This document shows, piece by piece, positions 35,036 through 46,454 of a stretch of DNA of 64,000 bases (its first letter is position 1; every line of letters starts with the position of its first letter). This stretch comes from Magnetospirillum sp. WYHS-4. Lineage in GTDB: Bacteria > Pseudomonadota > Alphaproteobacteria > Rhodospirillales > GLO-3. The stretch covers positions 2,329-66,328 of the forward strand of contig JAMOBD010000006.1 of NCBI GenBank assembly GCA_039908345.1. The letters run 5' to 3'. The position numbers and the translations under genes were made by a program. A model generated the notes under the pieces. It searched no databases. It had not been told where the DNA came from and saw only the letters and a list, made by a program, of their open reading frames with translations.

Positions 35036-37247
35036 TCCCGCCGCCCTGCGCCCGCGCCTACGCTGCAATGTCGCCAAGATCGACGACATCTTTCCCGGCT
35101 GCCTGAAGGAGGCCGAGGGAGTCCTGTCGCCGGCCGGAATCGAGGCTTGGCTGGACGGCGCGGCCAAGGTCTGCGGCCTGGGCCGCGGTACCGAACTGGT
35201 GCTCTATTTCCTGGAAGAGATGCCGGGCGTCGTTCGCTTGACCGACGAAAGCGTCGTGGCGCGCGTCGCCGACACCGCCGAGATGCTGTCGGACGAACTT
35301 TGCGGTACGGCGATCAATCCTTTTCTCGCCACCCTGCCGGCGGTGGCCCGCCGCCTGGCCAGCGCCGCCCTGCTGGAACATTGGCTGGAGGCGGTGGCCC
35401 GGATGGCCCGCGAGGCCAAGGACGGCTTGGTACCCCTGTTCGGCCACGTGGGGCCCATGCTGGATCAACTGTCGGTGGCGGGGCTCGGCAACTGGATCGA
35501 TTACGGCATCCGCGCCTACCGCGACCAGCCCTACATGATGGGCGAGTTCTTCGGCCTGAAGACCGCCGATTCCTTGGCTGTCTTGCAGCGCGAGCGCCAT
35601 GGAACCCTGTTCGCCGACCATGCGCGGGAGATGGAACTCTGGCTCCGCGCCCTCTGGGGGCTGGAGGATGCCTTCAAGCCCTATTCCCTCGCCCTGGACG
35701 AGAAGCGCAAACCCGTTCCCCACCTGGACAAGCAGGGCTTCCACCTGCCCGACGTCTACGATCCGCTGGACGGTATAACCGGCATCGACCGCTACCGGGC
35801 GCAGGCGGCCCATCTGGCCGCGCACCGACTATGGTCGGAACCCTATCTGGGCGACAACTTCAGCGCCTTCCAGCACCTGCCCATCGAATGCTTCGAGGAT
35901 GCCCGCGTCGAGGCCCTGGCCATGCGGCGCTATCCCGGCCTGCGGCAGCTCTGGCAGGCGCTGCACCCCGCCCCGCGGGAAGGCGCCTGCCCGCCCGGCT
36001 GGTCCTGCATCCGCCACAAGCTGACGCTGCTGTCGCGCGCCATTCTCGATCCGGACCATCCCTACAGCGACCCCATGGTGCACGAGTACGCCAAGCGCTT
36101 CCACCAAGCCTTCGCCGCCGATCCCCATGACCGGTCCCTGAGCACCCGCCTGGGGGTGGAATGGCTGACCGACAACTACCAGCACGATTTCCGCAAGTCC
36201 CAGGTCTGGTTCGCCGACACCTTCGTGTCGTATCGCGACGACAACCGGTATCTCTGGCTGTTCCTGGAAGACGCCAAGAACGAAGACGAGTTCCATTCCG
36301 ACCACGGCGCCCGCGACCCCTGGGAGAAGGATGAGCGGGAACAGGACGTCCTGCCCCCCAGTCACTATCCGGAATGGGATTACCGGGCCCAGGCCTACCG
36401 TCCCGATTGGGCGACCGTTTACGAGGCCATCCAGCCGCCCGGCGCGGCCGCCGACATCGATGCCCTGCTGGAGCGCGATCAACTGGTCGCCAAGCGGCTC
36501 AGGAAGGCGGTGGACCAGTTGAAGCCCCACCAACGCACCCGCCTGCGCTACCAGAAGGAAGGCGACGAACTGGACCTGGAGATGTTGATCCGTGCCGTCA
36601 CCGATCACCGCTCGGGCGCGGAGGCCGATACCCGCATCCACGTCCGCCACGTGCCGGGCGGGCGCAGCATCGCGCTGCTGCTGCTGCTCGACCTGTCGGA
36701 ATCGGTGAAGGATACTCCGCCGGGCCTGGACCGCAGTATCCTCACCCTGGCCCAGGAGTCGGTCTCGCTGCTGGCCTGGACGGTGGAGGAACTGGGCGAC
36801 AGCTTCGCCATCGGCGGCTTCGCCTCCAACACCCGCCATGATGTGCGCTATACCCATTTCAAGGGCTTCGGCGAGGACTGGGGCCACGAGTCCAAGGCCC
36901 GCCTGGCGGCCATGCAAGCCGGGTTGTCGACCCGCATGGGGGCGGCGTTGCGCCACGCCGGGCGCTATCTGGAACGGCGGCGCGAGGAAAAGAAGATCCT
37001 GCTGGTGCTCAGCGATGGCGAACCCTCCGACGTGGACGTCGTCGACGACCGCTACCTGAAGGCCGACACCCATGCCGCGGTGGCGGAACTGAAGCGCAAG
37101 GGCGTCGATACCTATTGCATCACCCTGGACCCGCGCGCCGACGACTATGTCGGCGAGATCTTCGGCCGGGCCCGCTACACGGTCATCGACCGCCTGGACC
37201 GGCTGCCCGAAAAGCTGTCGCGCCTGTTCATGAGCCTGACTCGATAG
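35028..37247 (+). CDS. CbbO/NorD-family von Willebrand factor A protein (partner of the CbbQ-like ATPase)
   Basis: ORF 35028..37247 (TTG start overlapping the upstream stop). C-terminal VWA domain with [15 protein letters not shown]. ~739 aa, i.e. CbbO-sized. Confidence 0.8.
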   Translation: MADPAALRPRLRCNVAKIDDIFPGCLKEAEGVLSPAGIEAWLDGAAKVCGLGRGTELVLYFLEEMPGVVRLTDESVVARVADTAEMLSDELCGTAINPFLATLPAVARRLASAALLEHWLEAVARMAREAKDGLVPLFGHVGPMLDQLSVAGLGNWIDYGIRAYRDQPYMMGEFFGLKTADSLAVLQRERHGTLFADHAREMELWLRALWGLEDAFKPYSLALDEKRKPVPHLDKQGFHLPDVYDPLDGITGIDRYRAQAAHLAAHRLWSEPYLGDNFSAFQHLPIECFEDARVEALAMRRYPGLRQLWQALHPAPREGACPPGWSCIRHKLTLLSRAILDPDHPYSDPMVHEYAKRFHQAFAADPHDRSLSTRLGVEWLTDNYQHDFRKSQVWFADTFVSYRDDNRYLWLFLEDAKNEDEFHSDHGARDPWEKDEREQDVLPPSHYPEWDYRAQAYRPDWATVYEAIQPPGAAADIDALLERDQLVAKRLRKAVDQLKPHQRTRLRYQKEGDELDLEMLIRAVTDHRSGAEADTRIHVRHVPGGRSIALLLLLDLSESVKDTPPGLDRSILTLAQESVSLLAWTVEELGDSFAIGGFASNTRHDVRYTHFKGFGEDWGHESKARLAAMQAGLSTRMGAALRHAGRYLERRREEKKILLVLSDGEPSDVDVVDDRYLKADTHAAVAELKRKGVDTYCITLDPRADDYVGEIFGRARYTVIDRLDRLPEKLSRLFMSLTR

Positions 37248-37357
37248 GGGCGGTCAATGGCCTTGGATATTACGCGGATGTTGTGTATTGTTGATGCCGG
37301 GTCCGGTGCAAGGTCGGATCGTCGCAACGAAACGATATCTTTCCCGCGGGGACAGTC

Positions 37358-38626
37358 ATGGCTCGTATCGTGGTGCTCGGCGCCGGCGTCGGCGGCGTTT
37401 CGATGGCCTATGAGATGCAGGAGAAGCTGGGCAGGAACGACCGCCTGACCGTCATCTCCAACAGCGATTTCTTCCAGTTCGTCCCTTCCAACCCCTGGGT
37501 CGCCGTCAACTGGCGCACCAAGGAGGACGTGGTCGTCCCCCTGGCCCAGCCTATGGCGCGCAAGGGCATCGAGTTCGTCGCCAAGGGGGCCAGGAAGGTC
37601 CATCCCGACCGCAACCGGGTGGAACTGTCCGACGGCACCGAAGTCGACTACGACTACCTGATCGTCGCCACCGGCCCGCAACTGGCCTTCCACGAGATCG
37701 AAGGCTTCGGGCCCGAGCACCATACCCATTCCATTTGCAGCGTCGACCATGCGGTGGCCGCCGGCCAGGCCTGGGAGGACTTCTGCAAGGACCCCGGCCA
37801 TCTGGTGATCGGGGCCGTCCAGGGCGCGTCCTGCTTCGGGCCGGCCTACGAATTCGCCATGATCGTCGACACCGACCTGCGCCGCCGCAAGATCCGCAAC
37901 AAGGTACCCATCACCTTCGTCACCTCGGAACCCTACATCGGGCACCTGGGCCTGGGCGGGGTGGGCGACACCAAGGGCATGATCGAAGCCGAGCTGCGCA
38001 ACCGCCACATCAAGTGGATCTGCAACGCCAAGGTAGACAAGTTCGAGGCCGGCCGGGTGTTCGTCAGCGAGTGCGACCTGGAAGGCAAGCCGGCCAAAAC
38101 CCACGAACTGTCCCACAAGTACTGCATGATGCTGCCGGCCTTCCGTGGCATCGGCGCGGTGGCGGGGATCGAGGGGCTGGGCAACCCGCGCGACTTCATC
38201 CTGGTCGACCGGCACCAGCGCAATCCCAAGTACCGCAACGTCTTCTCGGTGGGGGTCTGCATCGCCATCCCGCCGGTGGAAGCGACACCGGTGCCGACCG
38301 GCTGTCCGAAGACCGGCTTCATGATCGAAAGCATGGTCACGGCGGCGGCGGAAAACATCCGCGAGATCCTGGACGGCAAGGAGCCGACTCACGAAGGCTC
38401 CTGGAGCGCCGCCTGCCTGGCCGACTTCGGCGACGGGGGGGCGGCCTTCGTCGCCATCCCGCAGATTCCGCCACGCAACGTCAACTGGTCGTCCAAGGGC
38501 AAGTGGGTGCACCTGGCCAAGATCGCCTTCGAGAAGTACTTCATCCGCAAGGTCCGCAAGGGCCTGGGCGAGCCGGGCTACGAAAAGCACATGATCAAGC
38601 TGATGGGCCTGCACCGCCTCAAGTAG
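37358..38626 (+). CDS. sqr: sulfide:quinone oxidoreductase
   Basis: ORF 37358..38626. FAD fold MARIVVLGAGVGG, conserved Cys regions (GASCFGPAYE, GVCIAIPP) and a C-terminal amphipathic tail. Confidence 0.85.
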   Translation: MARIVVLGAGVGGVSMAYEMQEKLGRNDRLTVISNSDFFQFVPSNPWVAVNWRTKEDVVVPLAQPMARKGIEFVAKGARKVHPDRNRVELSDGTEVDYDYLIVATGPQLAFHEIEGFGPEHHTHSICSVDHAVAAGQAWEDFCKDPGHLVIGAVQGASCFGPAYEFAMIVDTDLRRRKIRNKVPITFVTSEPYIGHLGLGGVGDTKGMIEAELRNRHIKWICNAKVDKFEAGRVFVSECDLEGKPAKTHELSHKYCMMLPAFRGIGAVAGIEGLGNPRDFILVDRHQRNPKYRNVFSVGVCIAIPPVEATPVPTGCPKTGFMIESMVTAAAENIREILDGKEPTHEGSWSAACLADFGDGGAAFVAIPQIPPRNVNWSSKGKWVHLAKIAFEKYFIRKVRKGLGEPGYEKHMIKLMGLHRLK

Positions 38627-38801
38627 GCAAGGCGGCGGCGCCCATCTTCACCTATGGTCTGTTTCGACAACGACCATTTTGGCGCATCGCGACGACGGTA
38701 AGCTCACCGTTGCGGGTGCGGCCAAGCTCGCGGATGCGCACACCCGGTAAGGGCCAAGATGAAGAGCCAAAGCCATTGTCCCGTTGGCATATGGCCTGCG
38801 A

Positions 38802-39197
38802 CTACCGCTCCGCCGACAGGATGACCATGGCATGCGCCATAGGAAATTCGTCGGTCAACGACAGATCGATGTGCGGCCGCCAGCCGGGCGGAGTCAGAGC
38901 CTCCAGGCGCGCCAGCGCTCCGCCGGACAGTTTGAGGAAGGGCTGGCCCGAAGGGTGGTTGGCGACCTCGATGTCCTTGAAGAACACGCCGTCGCGAAAG
39001 CCGGTGCCCAGAGCCTTGGCCAGGGCCTCCTTGGCGGCGAAGCGCTGGGCGTAGGCGGCGGCGGGATTGGGTTTGCGTTCGGCCCGGGCCCGCTCGCCCT
39101 CGGTGAACAGGCGTTCGACGAAGCGGTCCCCGAACTGGTCCAGCGACTTCTCGATGCGCCGGATGTCGCAAAGGTCGGTGCCGACGCCCAGGATCAT
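38802..39197 (-). CDS. acpS: holo-[acyl-carrier-protein] synthase
   Basis: ORF 38802..39368 trimmed to [16 protein letters not shown] (ATGA overlap with the pdxJ stop). Confidence 0.9.
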   Translation of the reverse strand: MILGVGTDLCDIRRIEKSLDQFGDRFVERLFTEGERARAERKPNPAAAYAQRFAAKEALAKALGTGFRDGVFFKDIEVANHPSGQPFLKLSGGALARLEALTPPGWRPHIDLSLTDEFPMAHAMVILSAER

Positions 39198-39934
39198 GGG
39201 GCCCCGCGCGCCTCGTCCATCAGGCGGCGCATCTCGCGGATGCTGTCCTCCAGGCCGACGAAGATGGCCTCGCCGACAAGGAAGTGGCCGATGTTGAGTT
39301 CGACGATGGACGGAATGGCCGCCACCGGTCCCACGCTGTCGTAGCCCAGGCCGTGGCCGGCGTGGCATTCCAGGCCCAGGGCCTGGGCGTGGGCGGCCGC
39401 CTTGACGATGCGTTCCAGTTCCCGCTCACGGGCCTTGCCGTGGGCCTCGCAATAGGCGCCAGTGTGGAGTTCGACCACCGGCGCGCCGATCTCGCGGGCG
39501 GCGTCGAGTTGACGAGGATCGGGCTCGACGAACAACGAGACCCGGATGCCGGCCGCCACCATCTCGCGCACGTAGCGTTCCAGGCCCTGGCGGTTGCCCG
39601 CGACTTCCAGGCCGCCCTCGGTAGTGCGTTCCTCGCGCCGTTCGGGCACCACGCAGGCGGCGTGAGGCTTGTGGCGCAGCGCCACCGCCAGCATCTCGTC
39701 GGTGGCCGCCATTTCCAGGTTGAGCGGCAGGTCGATCTCGCGGGCCAGCCGGTTGATGTCGTGGTCCGAGATGTGGCGCCGGTCCTCGCGCAGGTGCGCC
39801 GTGATGCCGTCCGCCCCCGCCCTCGCGGCCAGCAATGCCGCACGCAAGGGATCGGGATGGGCGCCGCCGCGGGCGTTGCGGATGGTCGCCACGTGGTCGA
39901 TGTTGACGCCTAGGCGCAAAGGCTCGTTCGCCAT
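39194..39934 (-). CDS. pdxJ: pyridoxine 5'-phosphate synthase
   Basis: ORF 39194..39934. [16 protein letters not shown] and HLREDRRHI motifs. Confidence 0.9.
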   Translation of the reverse strand: MANEPLRLGVNIDHVATIRNARGGAHPDPLRAALLAARAGADGITAHLREDRRHISDHDINRLAREIDLPLNLEMAATDEMLAVALRHKPHAACVVPERREERTTEGGLEVAGNRQGLERYVREMVAAGIRVSLFVEPDPRQLDAAREIGAPVVELHTGAYCEAHGKARERELERIVKAAAHAQALGLECHAGHGLGYDSVGPVAAIPSIVELNIGHFLVGEAIFVGLEDSIREMRRLMDEARGAP

Positions 39935-39942
39935 GGTCCGTC

Positions 39943-42141
39943 CTATCCCCTTGCCCTTTCGATGGCGTTGATGACCGGCGTGGCGCGGAGGGCCGCGATG
40001 ATGTCGGTCAGATGCTTGACGTCGCGCACCTCGATGTCGACCAGCAGGTCGAAGACCTCGCTGCTGCGGGTGGTGATCTTCAGGTTGGAGATGTTTCCTT
40101 CGTTCTTGGCGATCACCGTCGACAGGCTGCCCAGGCTGCCCGGTTCGTTCAGCACGCTGAGATGCACCCGGCCGACGTGGCCGCGGTCCTTGGCCGTTCC
40201 GTTGCCCTGTTCCCAGGACACGTCCAACCAGCGTTCCGGCTGTTCGGCGTAGGTCTCCAGCATTTCGCAGTCGATGGTATGGATGGTCACCCCCTTGCCC
40301 GTGGTGACGATGCCGACGATCCGATCGCCGGGCAGCGGATGGCAGCAGCCGGCGAAATGCATGGCCATGCCCGGAATCAGACCCTTGATCGGAATTCCCC
40401 CGTCGCGGCGGGCGCTACCGCCGGCGGGGTGGGGGGCGTGGCCGTGGTGCTGGGCTTCCTTCCTTTCCCGCATGCGGGCCAGCGGCACCACGTTGGCCGC
40501 CTCCCGCTTCTTCCTGATGCCGGGGAAGACCGCTTCCAGCACTTCGCGCGCCGTGTGGTGGCCGGCCCCCACGGCGGTACAGATGTCTTCGACGCCATGG
40601 GCCTTGAAGACCGTCAACGCCCCTTCCAGGGACTTGGGGGCGAATTCATAGCCTTCCTCGGCAAAGGCCTTCTGCAGGATGGCCTTGCCCAGGTGAAGGT
40701 ACTGCTCCCGCTCCGCCTGGCGGACGAAGCGGCGGATATGGGACCGCGCCTTACCCGTCACCACGAAGCGTTCCCAGTTGGGCGACGGGGTCTGGACCTT
40801 GGAAGTCAGGATGTCCACCTGATCGCCGTTCTGCAACTGGGTGCGCAATTGGACGATGGCGCCGTTGATCTTGGCGCCCACGCAGTGGTCGCCCACCTCG
40901 GAATGGACCGCGTAGGCGAAGTCGACCGGCGTCGCGCCCTGCGGCAGGGTAATCAGATCGCCCTTGGGGGTGAAGCAGAAGACCTGGTCCTGGAACATCT
41001 CCAGCTTTGTATGTTCGAGGAACTCGTCGGGGCTGGACGCGTTCTCCAGTATCTCCAGCAATTCGCGCAGCCAGCGATACTGGCGGCCGTCCACCTGCTC
41101 GCGGGCGACGCCCTGCTTGTATTGCCAGTGGGCGGCGACGCCGCGGTCGGCGACTTCGTGCATCTCGCGGGTGCGGATCTGAACCTCGATACGATGCTTC
41201 TCCGGCCCCAGCACGCTGGTATGCAGCGAGCGGTAGCCATTGGGCTTGGGGGTGGAGATGTAGTCCTTGAATCGGCTCGGTATCACCGGGTAGCGGCTAT
41301 GGATGATGCCCAGGGCCTGGTAGCAGTCGCCCAGGTCGTCCACCACGATGCGGAAGGCCATGATGTCGCAGAGCTGTTCGAAGCTGATGTTCTGGCGTTG
41401 CATCTTGCGCCAGATGGAATAGGGCGTCTTTTCGCGGCCGTTGATGGTGCATTCCAGGCCGCCGTCGGCCATCGTGCGCTTCAGTTCGGCGATGATGCGC
41501 GGAATCAACCCGCCGCCCTGTTCGCGCAGGAAATGCAGACGGGCGAGAATGGAATCGCGGGCATCGCCGTTCAGTTCGGCGAAGGCCAAGTCCTCCAGTT
41601 CGTGCTTGATCTCCTGCATGCCGATGCGCTCGGCCAAGGGCGCGTATATATCCATGGTCTCCAGCGCGATGCGGCGCCGGCTTTCCGGCTTCTGCACGAA
41701 GCCCAGGGTGCGCATGTTGTGCAGGCGGTCGGCCAGCTTGACCAGCAGCACCCGGATATCTTCCGACATGGCGAGCAAAAGCTTGCGGAAGTTTTCCGCC
41801 TGCTTGTTGTCCGACTGCAGTTCGATGCGGGTCAGCTTGGTAACGCCGTCGACCAGGCGGGCGACCTCGGCGCCGAAGTGCTTTTCGATCTCGTCGTAGG
41901 TGGCGTGGGTGTCCTCGATGACGTCGTGCAGCAGGGCCGTGACGATGGAGGCGGTATCCAGGCGGTAGTTGAGCAGGATACCCGCCACTTCGAGGGGATG
42001 GGAGAAGTAGGGATCGCCCGAGGCCCGCACCTGGGACCCATGCGCCTTCATTGCGAAGACATAGGCGCGGTTCAACAGATCCTCGTCCGCGTCCGGATCG
42101 TAGGCCTTGATGCGTTCGACGAGTTCGAACTGGCGGATCAT
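39943..42141 (-). CDS. spoT: bifunctional (p)ppGpp synthetase/hydrolase (RelA/SpoT homologue)
   Basis: ORF 39943..42189 trimmed to [16 protein letters not shown] domain ([16 protein letters not shown]), synthetase, TGS and ACT regions. Confidence 0.9.
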   Translation of the reverse strand: MIRQFELVERIKAYDPDADEDLLNRAYVFAMKAHGSQVRASGDPYFSHPLEVAGILLNYRLDTASIVTALLHDVIEDTHATYDEIEKHFGAEVARLVDGVTKLTRIELQSDNKQAENFRKLLLAMSEDIRVLLVKLADRLHNMRTLGFVQKPESRRRIALETMDIYAPLAERIGMQEIKHELEDLAFAELNGDARDSILARLHFLREQGGGLIPRIIAELKRTMADGGLECTINGREKTPYSIWRKMQRQNISFEQLCDIMAFRIVVDDLGDCYQALGIIHSRYPVIPSRFKDYISTPKPNGYRSLHTSVLGPEKHRIEVQIRTREMHEVADRGVAAHWQYKQGVAREQVDGRQYRWLRELLEILENASSPDEFLEHTKLEMFQDQVFCFTPKGDLITLPQGATPVDFAYAVHSEVGDHCVGAKINGAIVQLRTQLQNGDQVDILTSKVQTPSPNWERFVVTGKARSHIRRFVRQAEREQYLHLGKAILQKAFAEEGYEFAPKSLEGALTVFKAHGVEDICTAVGAGHHTAREVLEAVFPGIRKKREAANVVPLARMRERKEAQHHGHAPHPAGGSARRDGGIPIKGLIPGMAMHFAGCCHPLPGDRIVGIVTTGKGVTIHTIDCEMLETYAEQPERWLDVSWEQGNGTAKDRGHVGRVHLSVLNEPGSLGSLSTVIAKNEGNISNLKITTRSSEVFDLLVDIEVRDVKHLTDIIAALRATPVINAIERARG

Positions 42142-42224
42142 GGCGCCCCCCGTCCATCTGCGGGGGTCCGGCCCGCGCGGCCGCCGCATGACTTATCCAT
42201 GCAGGACCGGCTGGCCGTCATGGA

Positions 42225-42638
42225 CTACTCCTCGGTGTCGGCGGCCTCAGCCTCGGCACCCATGTCGCCCATGCTGTCGGCGTCCTCGCCGTCCTCGCCG
42301 TCCAGCATCTCGGCGGCCTTGGCGGCGGCGCTTTGGGCGTCGGCCATTTCCTGCTTGATCTGCTCCTGGAAGGCCTGCATGTCCATTTCCTCCTCGACCG
42401 GTTCGTCGCGCTCGACGAACTTTTGCAGGCCGCGGATGATGCCATTTTCCAGGTCCTTGAGATCGACCGTGCAATCGGCGATCTCGCGTAGCGCCACGAC
42501 CGGGTTCTTGTCGTTGTCGCGCTCGACGGTCAGCGAATTGCCGGCCGAAATGTTACGAGCCCGCTGAGCGGCGATCATCACCAACTCGAAGCGGTTCGGG
42601 ATCCTGACGACGCAATCTTCAACCGTGACTCGGGCCAT
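42225..42638 (-). CDS. rpoZ: DNA-directed RNA polymerase subunit omega
   Basis: ORF 42225..42638. [10 protein letters not shown]...[14 protein letters not shown] with the acidic alphaproteobacterial tail. Confidence 0.9.
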   Translation of the reverse strand: MARVTVEDCVVRIPNRFELVMIAAQRARNISAGNSLTVERDNDKNPVVALREIADCTVDLKDLENGIIRGLQKFVERDEPVEEEMDMQAFQEQIKQEMADAQSAAAKAAEMLDGEDGEDADSMGDMGAEAEAADTEE

Positions 42639-42746
42639 TCGAAAAACTCCAACACACCATAGACGTGGGGGCTCGGAAGGGCCGAGACTATAGGCACCCC
42701 GGCCATCTTACGCAAGATGGCATCCTGGACGGGCAGGCCCGGCGCG

Positions 42747-43457
42747 TCAAGACCCCGCCAAAGCCAGGACCGCCCCGGCCGCCTCGACGTCGGTCCGCAG
42801 GCGGACGCGGCGGGCCAGGGCTTCGAAATCGTCGCCCCAGAGCTCGGCCTGGAAGCGTTCGTCCACCAGGGCCGTTTCGAAGGCGGAGGCCGCATCGAGC
42901 CGCCCGGCCGCCAGGGCCAGGGCCACCACCAGGGAGCCGGTGGCCGCAGCGGCGCTGGCCACCGCCGCCAGTTCCAGATCGGTCAGGCCTTCGACCGCCC
43001 GGCGCAGGGCCGCCAGGGACTCGGGTGGCTGGGCGACGGCCAGGATGCCTTCGGTCACCCGCAATCGCGCTCCCAACGCCTCGGCGGCCCAATCCAGCAA
43101 CGGGTCCCAGCGGGCCGCTTGGCGGGCTGCCAGTTCGGCGGGGTGGCCGGCTCGGTGGCAGAGCAGATCGGTTTCAACCATCGCCATCAGATGGCCGATC
43201 GCCGCATCCCGTTCCACCGGGACGCGGTCCAGCGCCGTGGCGGCCAGCTGGGTGATCGGCATGGTGTGGGGCCGGAGGATTCCCGCCTGGGCCGCCCACT
43301 CGCGGGCCACAGCCGCGGCCAGGGCGGCCGTGGGCAGGTGGAGGGACCTTCCGGCCGGAGTCTTGAGACCCCGGCCGTCGAGCCGAACGACGAAGGCGTC
43401 CCCGTCGGGGGACGCCTCCGCCTGGCGATAGAAGCGCCGTCGCTTGTCCCAGGACAT
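42747..43457 (-). CDS. ATP12-family F1-ATPase assembly chaperone
   Basis: ORF 42747..43661 trimmed to MSWDKRRRFYRQAE...LDGRGLKTPAGRSLHLPT...AREWAAQ. Confidence 0.8.
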   Translation of the reverse strand: MSWDKRRRFYRQAEASPDGDAFVVRLDGRGLKTPAGRSLHLPTAALAAAVAREWAAQAGILRPHTMPITQLAATALDRVPVERDAAIGHLMAMVETDLLCHRAGHPAELAARQAARWDPLLDWAAEALGARLRVTEGILAVAQPPESLAALRRAVEGLTDLELAAVASAAAATGSLVVALALAAGRLDAASAFETALVDERFQAELWGDDFEALARRVRLRTDVEAAGAVLALAGS

Positions 43458-43462
43458 CGGAC

Positions 43463-45640
43463 CTACTTGCCGAACAGGCCCTTGACGCCCTTGGTCAGCC
43501 CTTCCAAGGGCTTGTCGGCCGCCTTGCCGCCAGGGGTGGCCGGCTTGTCGCCGCCCAGACCGGGCAGGGAACCCAGAAGCCCCTTGTCGCCGCCGCCGGC
43601 CGACTTGCTTTCCTTCGGCTTTTCGGGAGTCACCACCTTGCCGGCCAGGGCCGGGGTGCAATAGTCGGTCTCATCGACCTTGCCGCCGCCGGTCGCGGCA
43701 CCGGCCAGCTTCTGGCCGACCACCGACAGGCCGCCGGTGGCCACCGCCGCGCCCACCTGGGTCGCCGCGCCAAGGGCCGCCTTGCCGGCTTCCAGGGCGT
43801 CCGGCTTGATGTCCGGATTGGCCATGGTGCCGCCGACCAGCATGGGCACCTCGGCCAAGCTGGCGACGCTGGTCTTCTTGGCGCGCGGCTCGATGCGCAG
43901 GTTGAGCCCTTCGGTCGCCAAGTTGATATCGCCCGTGCCGACCACCGATAGGCCGCCGGTCTCGAAGACGATGGCGCGTTGCTTGGCCATGCCCTTGCCG
44001 ATGTCGAAGTTCAGCACGCCGCACTTGATGTCCTTGTCACCCTCGCTCTTGACGAAGGGCAGGATGGCCGCCACGTCGCCCGACACGATGTTGAGCGCGT
44101 TGGAAGCGATCTTGCCGCCCTGGGTGGTCACCCGGGCCTGTCCGTCCAGGCCGGCCATCAGGGCCCGCACCGACTTGCCGGTGCCGCGGACGTCGAGCGC
44201 CACGTCGAGCTTGCCGTTCTGCACCAGATCATTGCCCTGCACCTGCTTGAGCACCGCGCTGTAGTCCAGTTGCGCCACGTCCAGCTTGAGCGCCAGGGCC
44301 GGCGTCGCGGCCCCGCCGTCCAGGCTGAGGTTGCCGCCCACCTTGCCGCCGAAGGTGGTCAGGCCGAAGGGGCTGACGGTCAGCTTGCCGTTGGTCAGGG
44401 TCAGGTCGACGGCGATGTCGGTCAGGGTGTAGCCCTGGGCGACGATCTTCTTGCCCTTGAACTTGACCTTGGCGTCGGCCGCCTTCAGGCCGTCCAGGGG
44501 CAGCGGATCGTCCGGGAACACCCGGCCGCCCTTGGCCCCCGCGCCGCCGCCCTTGGCCCCCTCGCCGGCCGGCGCGGCCTTGCCGCCGTCCTTCTGCGGA
44601 GGGAGCAGTTGGTCGAGATCGAACAGGTTGGAGGCCAAGTCGGCGTCGACCGCCGGCCGAGCCCCCCCGAGGGCCACGGCAAGCTTGCCGGTCAGATCGC
44701 TGCCGCCCAGGGTGAGCTTCATGTCGCCCACCGCGTAGCCGTTCTGCGTATCGGCCAACCTGCCGGAAAAGGCCAGCGGAACCGCCGGGACCGGCCCGGC
44801 GTCCTTGAGACCGGGGGCCAGGGCGGCGGCCGCCTTGACGGTCTCGCCCAGCTTGGGCACGTCGATCTTCAGCCCCAGGTCGAGCCCTTTGCCTTCCAGC
44901 GGCCGGTCGATCTTGCCGTCCACCGCCGCCGCGACGCCCAGCAGGTCGGCCTTCAGGGTCAGCGGCATGGGCTTGCCGGCCAGCAGGTCGGGCACCGAGC
45001 CCAGCTTGCCCGCCACTTTGTAAGCCACGGCGTTCATGGTGCCGGCCAGGTTGAGCGCCAGGGGGGCGCTGGGGTTGTCGGCCTCCACGTCCAGGCTGTC
45101 CAGCCCGACGTTGAAGGTCTGGCCGCTCTTGCCGTCCTTGTAGGCGATCTTGATGTCCTTCAGGCGGACCATCTTGACCACCGGCATTTCGCCAGGTGCG
45201 CCGGCGTCCTTGGGCGCCTCGCCCGGCTTGGCCTCGCTTTTGGCGGCGGCGAATTCCCAGTTGCCCTTGCCCTGCCGGTCGGTCTCGGCCAGCAGGTCCA
45301 GGCCCTCGAGGACCAGGCGGTTGACCTGGACCTTCTTGCTCAGCAGGGGCATGAGGGCCACTTCGACATCCAGACGCTTCAGCTTGGCCATCTCGGGCCG
45401 CGAACCCCAACCCGCGTTGGAGAAGCTGACGCCTTCCACCGATAGCGACGGCGTCATCGAAACCTGGACCTTGATGTCGCCGGCGAACTTCAGGTCGCGG
45501 CCGGTAGCCGCCTTGGCCTGTTCGGCGATCGCGCCCTTGTACTGGTTGAAGTCCATGGATTTCAGGTAGGTGAAGCCGCCGACCAACGCCAGGACCACCA
45601 GCCCAATGACGCCACCTAGGATCATTCCAAGCTTTTTCAT
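43463..45640 (-). CDS. AsmA-family outer-membrane assembly protein
   Basis: ORF 43463..45640. N-terminal anchor MKKLGMILGGVIGLVVLALVGG followed by long beta-rich AsmA-like repeats. Confidence 0.8.
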   Translation of the reverse strand: MKKLGMILGGVIGLVVLALVGGFTYLKSMDFNQYKGAIAEQAKAATGRDLKFAGDIKVQVSMTPSLSVEGVSFSNAGWGSRPEMAKLKRLDVEVALMPLLSKKVQVNRLVLEGLDLLAETDRQGKGNWEFAAAKSEAKPGEAPKDAGAPGEMPVVKMVRLKDIKIAYKDGKSGQTFNVGLDSLDVEADNPSAPLALNLAGTMNAVAYKVAGKLGSVPDLLAGKPMPLTLKADLLGVAAAVDGKIDRPLEGKGLDLGLKIDVPKLGETVKAAAALAPGLKDAGPVPAVPLAFSGRLADTQNGYAVGDMKLTLGGSDLTGKLAVALGGARPAVDADLASNLFDLDQLLPPQKDGGKAAPAGEGAKGGGAGAKGGRVFPDDPLPLDGLKAADAKVKFKGKKIVAQGYTLTDIAVDLTLTNGKLTVSPFGLTTFGGKVGGNLSLDGGAATPALALKLDVAQLDYSAVLKQVQGNDLVQNGKLDVALDVRGTGKSVRALMAGLDGQARVTTQGGKIASNALNIVSGDVAAILPFVKSEGDKDIKCGVLNFDIGKGMAKQRAIVFETGGLSVVGTGDINLATEGLNLRIEPRAKKTSVASLAEVPMLVGGTMANPDIKPDALEAGKAALGAATQVGAAVATGGLSVVGQKLAGAATGGGKVDETDYCTPALAGKVVTPEKPKESKSAGGGDKGLLGSLPGLGGDKPATPGGKAADKPLEGLTKGVKGLFGK

Positions 45641-46329
45641 GATGCAGCCCCCATGACTGACAGGATGGTGGCGGGGATGTCGGGAAACGCATCGGCGATC
45701 CGATGGGCCCCCGCCGCCGTCAATTCGGAGCGCTCATGGTATCCCCAAGCGGCCCCGACCGCAAACGTTCCGGCGGCCCGGGCCATCTCCATATCGTAGG
45801 TGGTATCCCCTATGACAACAGAGCAGGTGGCCTCCACCCCCGTCTCCGCGAGCGCCTGGAGCATCATGTCGGGATGGGGCTTGCCGCGCACCCGGTCGGC
45901 GGTCTGCAAAGTGACGAAGCGGCCCTCCAGCCCGTGGGTCTTCAAGGTGTTGACCAGCCCCCGGTACGACTTGCCGGTCGCCACGCCCAGCAGCCAGCCT
46001 TCGGCGTCCAGACGAGCCAAGACATCTTCCACGCCGGGAAACAGGGGTTCGTGCACGACGTCGCGGGTCCGGAGGTCGGAAAAAGCCTCCTTGTAGCGTT
46101 CGGTAAGGATGGCGCAGGCCCCGTGGTCGCCGTCGGGCAGCAGGCGGAAGATGGCGTCGTAGAGCGGCAGCCCCACCACCCGGCGCACCGCGTGGGGCTC
46201 GGGGGCCGCGCGGCCTTCCCCCAGGAAAGCCGCATGCATGGCGGCGACGATGGAAGCCTGGCTGTCCACCAGGGTCCCGTCGCAATCGAAGACGGCAAGG
46301 CGCGGCTGACGTTCGAGGATGGTCGGCAA
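45637..46329 (-). CDS. HAD-superfamily hydrolase (phosphoglycolate phosphatase-like)
   Basis: ORF 45637..46329. DxDGTL (FDCDGTLVDS), GVATGK and GDTTYDMEMA motifs. Confidence 0.8.
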   Translation of the reverse strand: MPTILERQPRLAVFDCDGTLVDSQASIVAAMHAAFLGEGRAAPEPHAVRRVVGLPLYDAIFRLLPDGDHGACAILTERYKEAFSDLRTRDVVHEPLFPGVEDVLARLDAEGWLLGVATGKSYRGLVNTLKTHGLEGRFVTLQTADRVRGKPHPDMMLQALAETGVEATCSVVIGDTTYDMEMARAAGTFAVGAAWGYHERSELTAAGAHRIADAFPDIPATILSVMGAAS

Positions 46330-46454
46330 AAGGATGGCTCCATGTTCCCCCCTACCCTGCCCCGCCGGCCGCCGTTTGTCGACGGGAAGAATGGCCGGTT
46401 GATTCCCCCGCCCGCTTGCCGCGACAATGCCCCAGGCAGAAAGGCAGGTCCGTC

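Noticed and set aside
40012-42567. 851-aa + strand ORF across spoT and rpoZ; similar long shadow ORFs at 44229..45692, 43979..45445, 16675..18549, 23464..25029, 53696..55222, 22408..23442 and 20528..22330
   Set aside because: All lie opposite well-supported genes, have no recognisable motifs and show GC-driven amino-acid bias. They are treated as non-coding.
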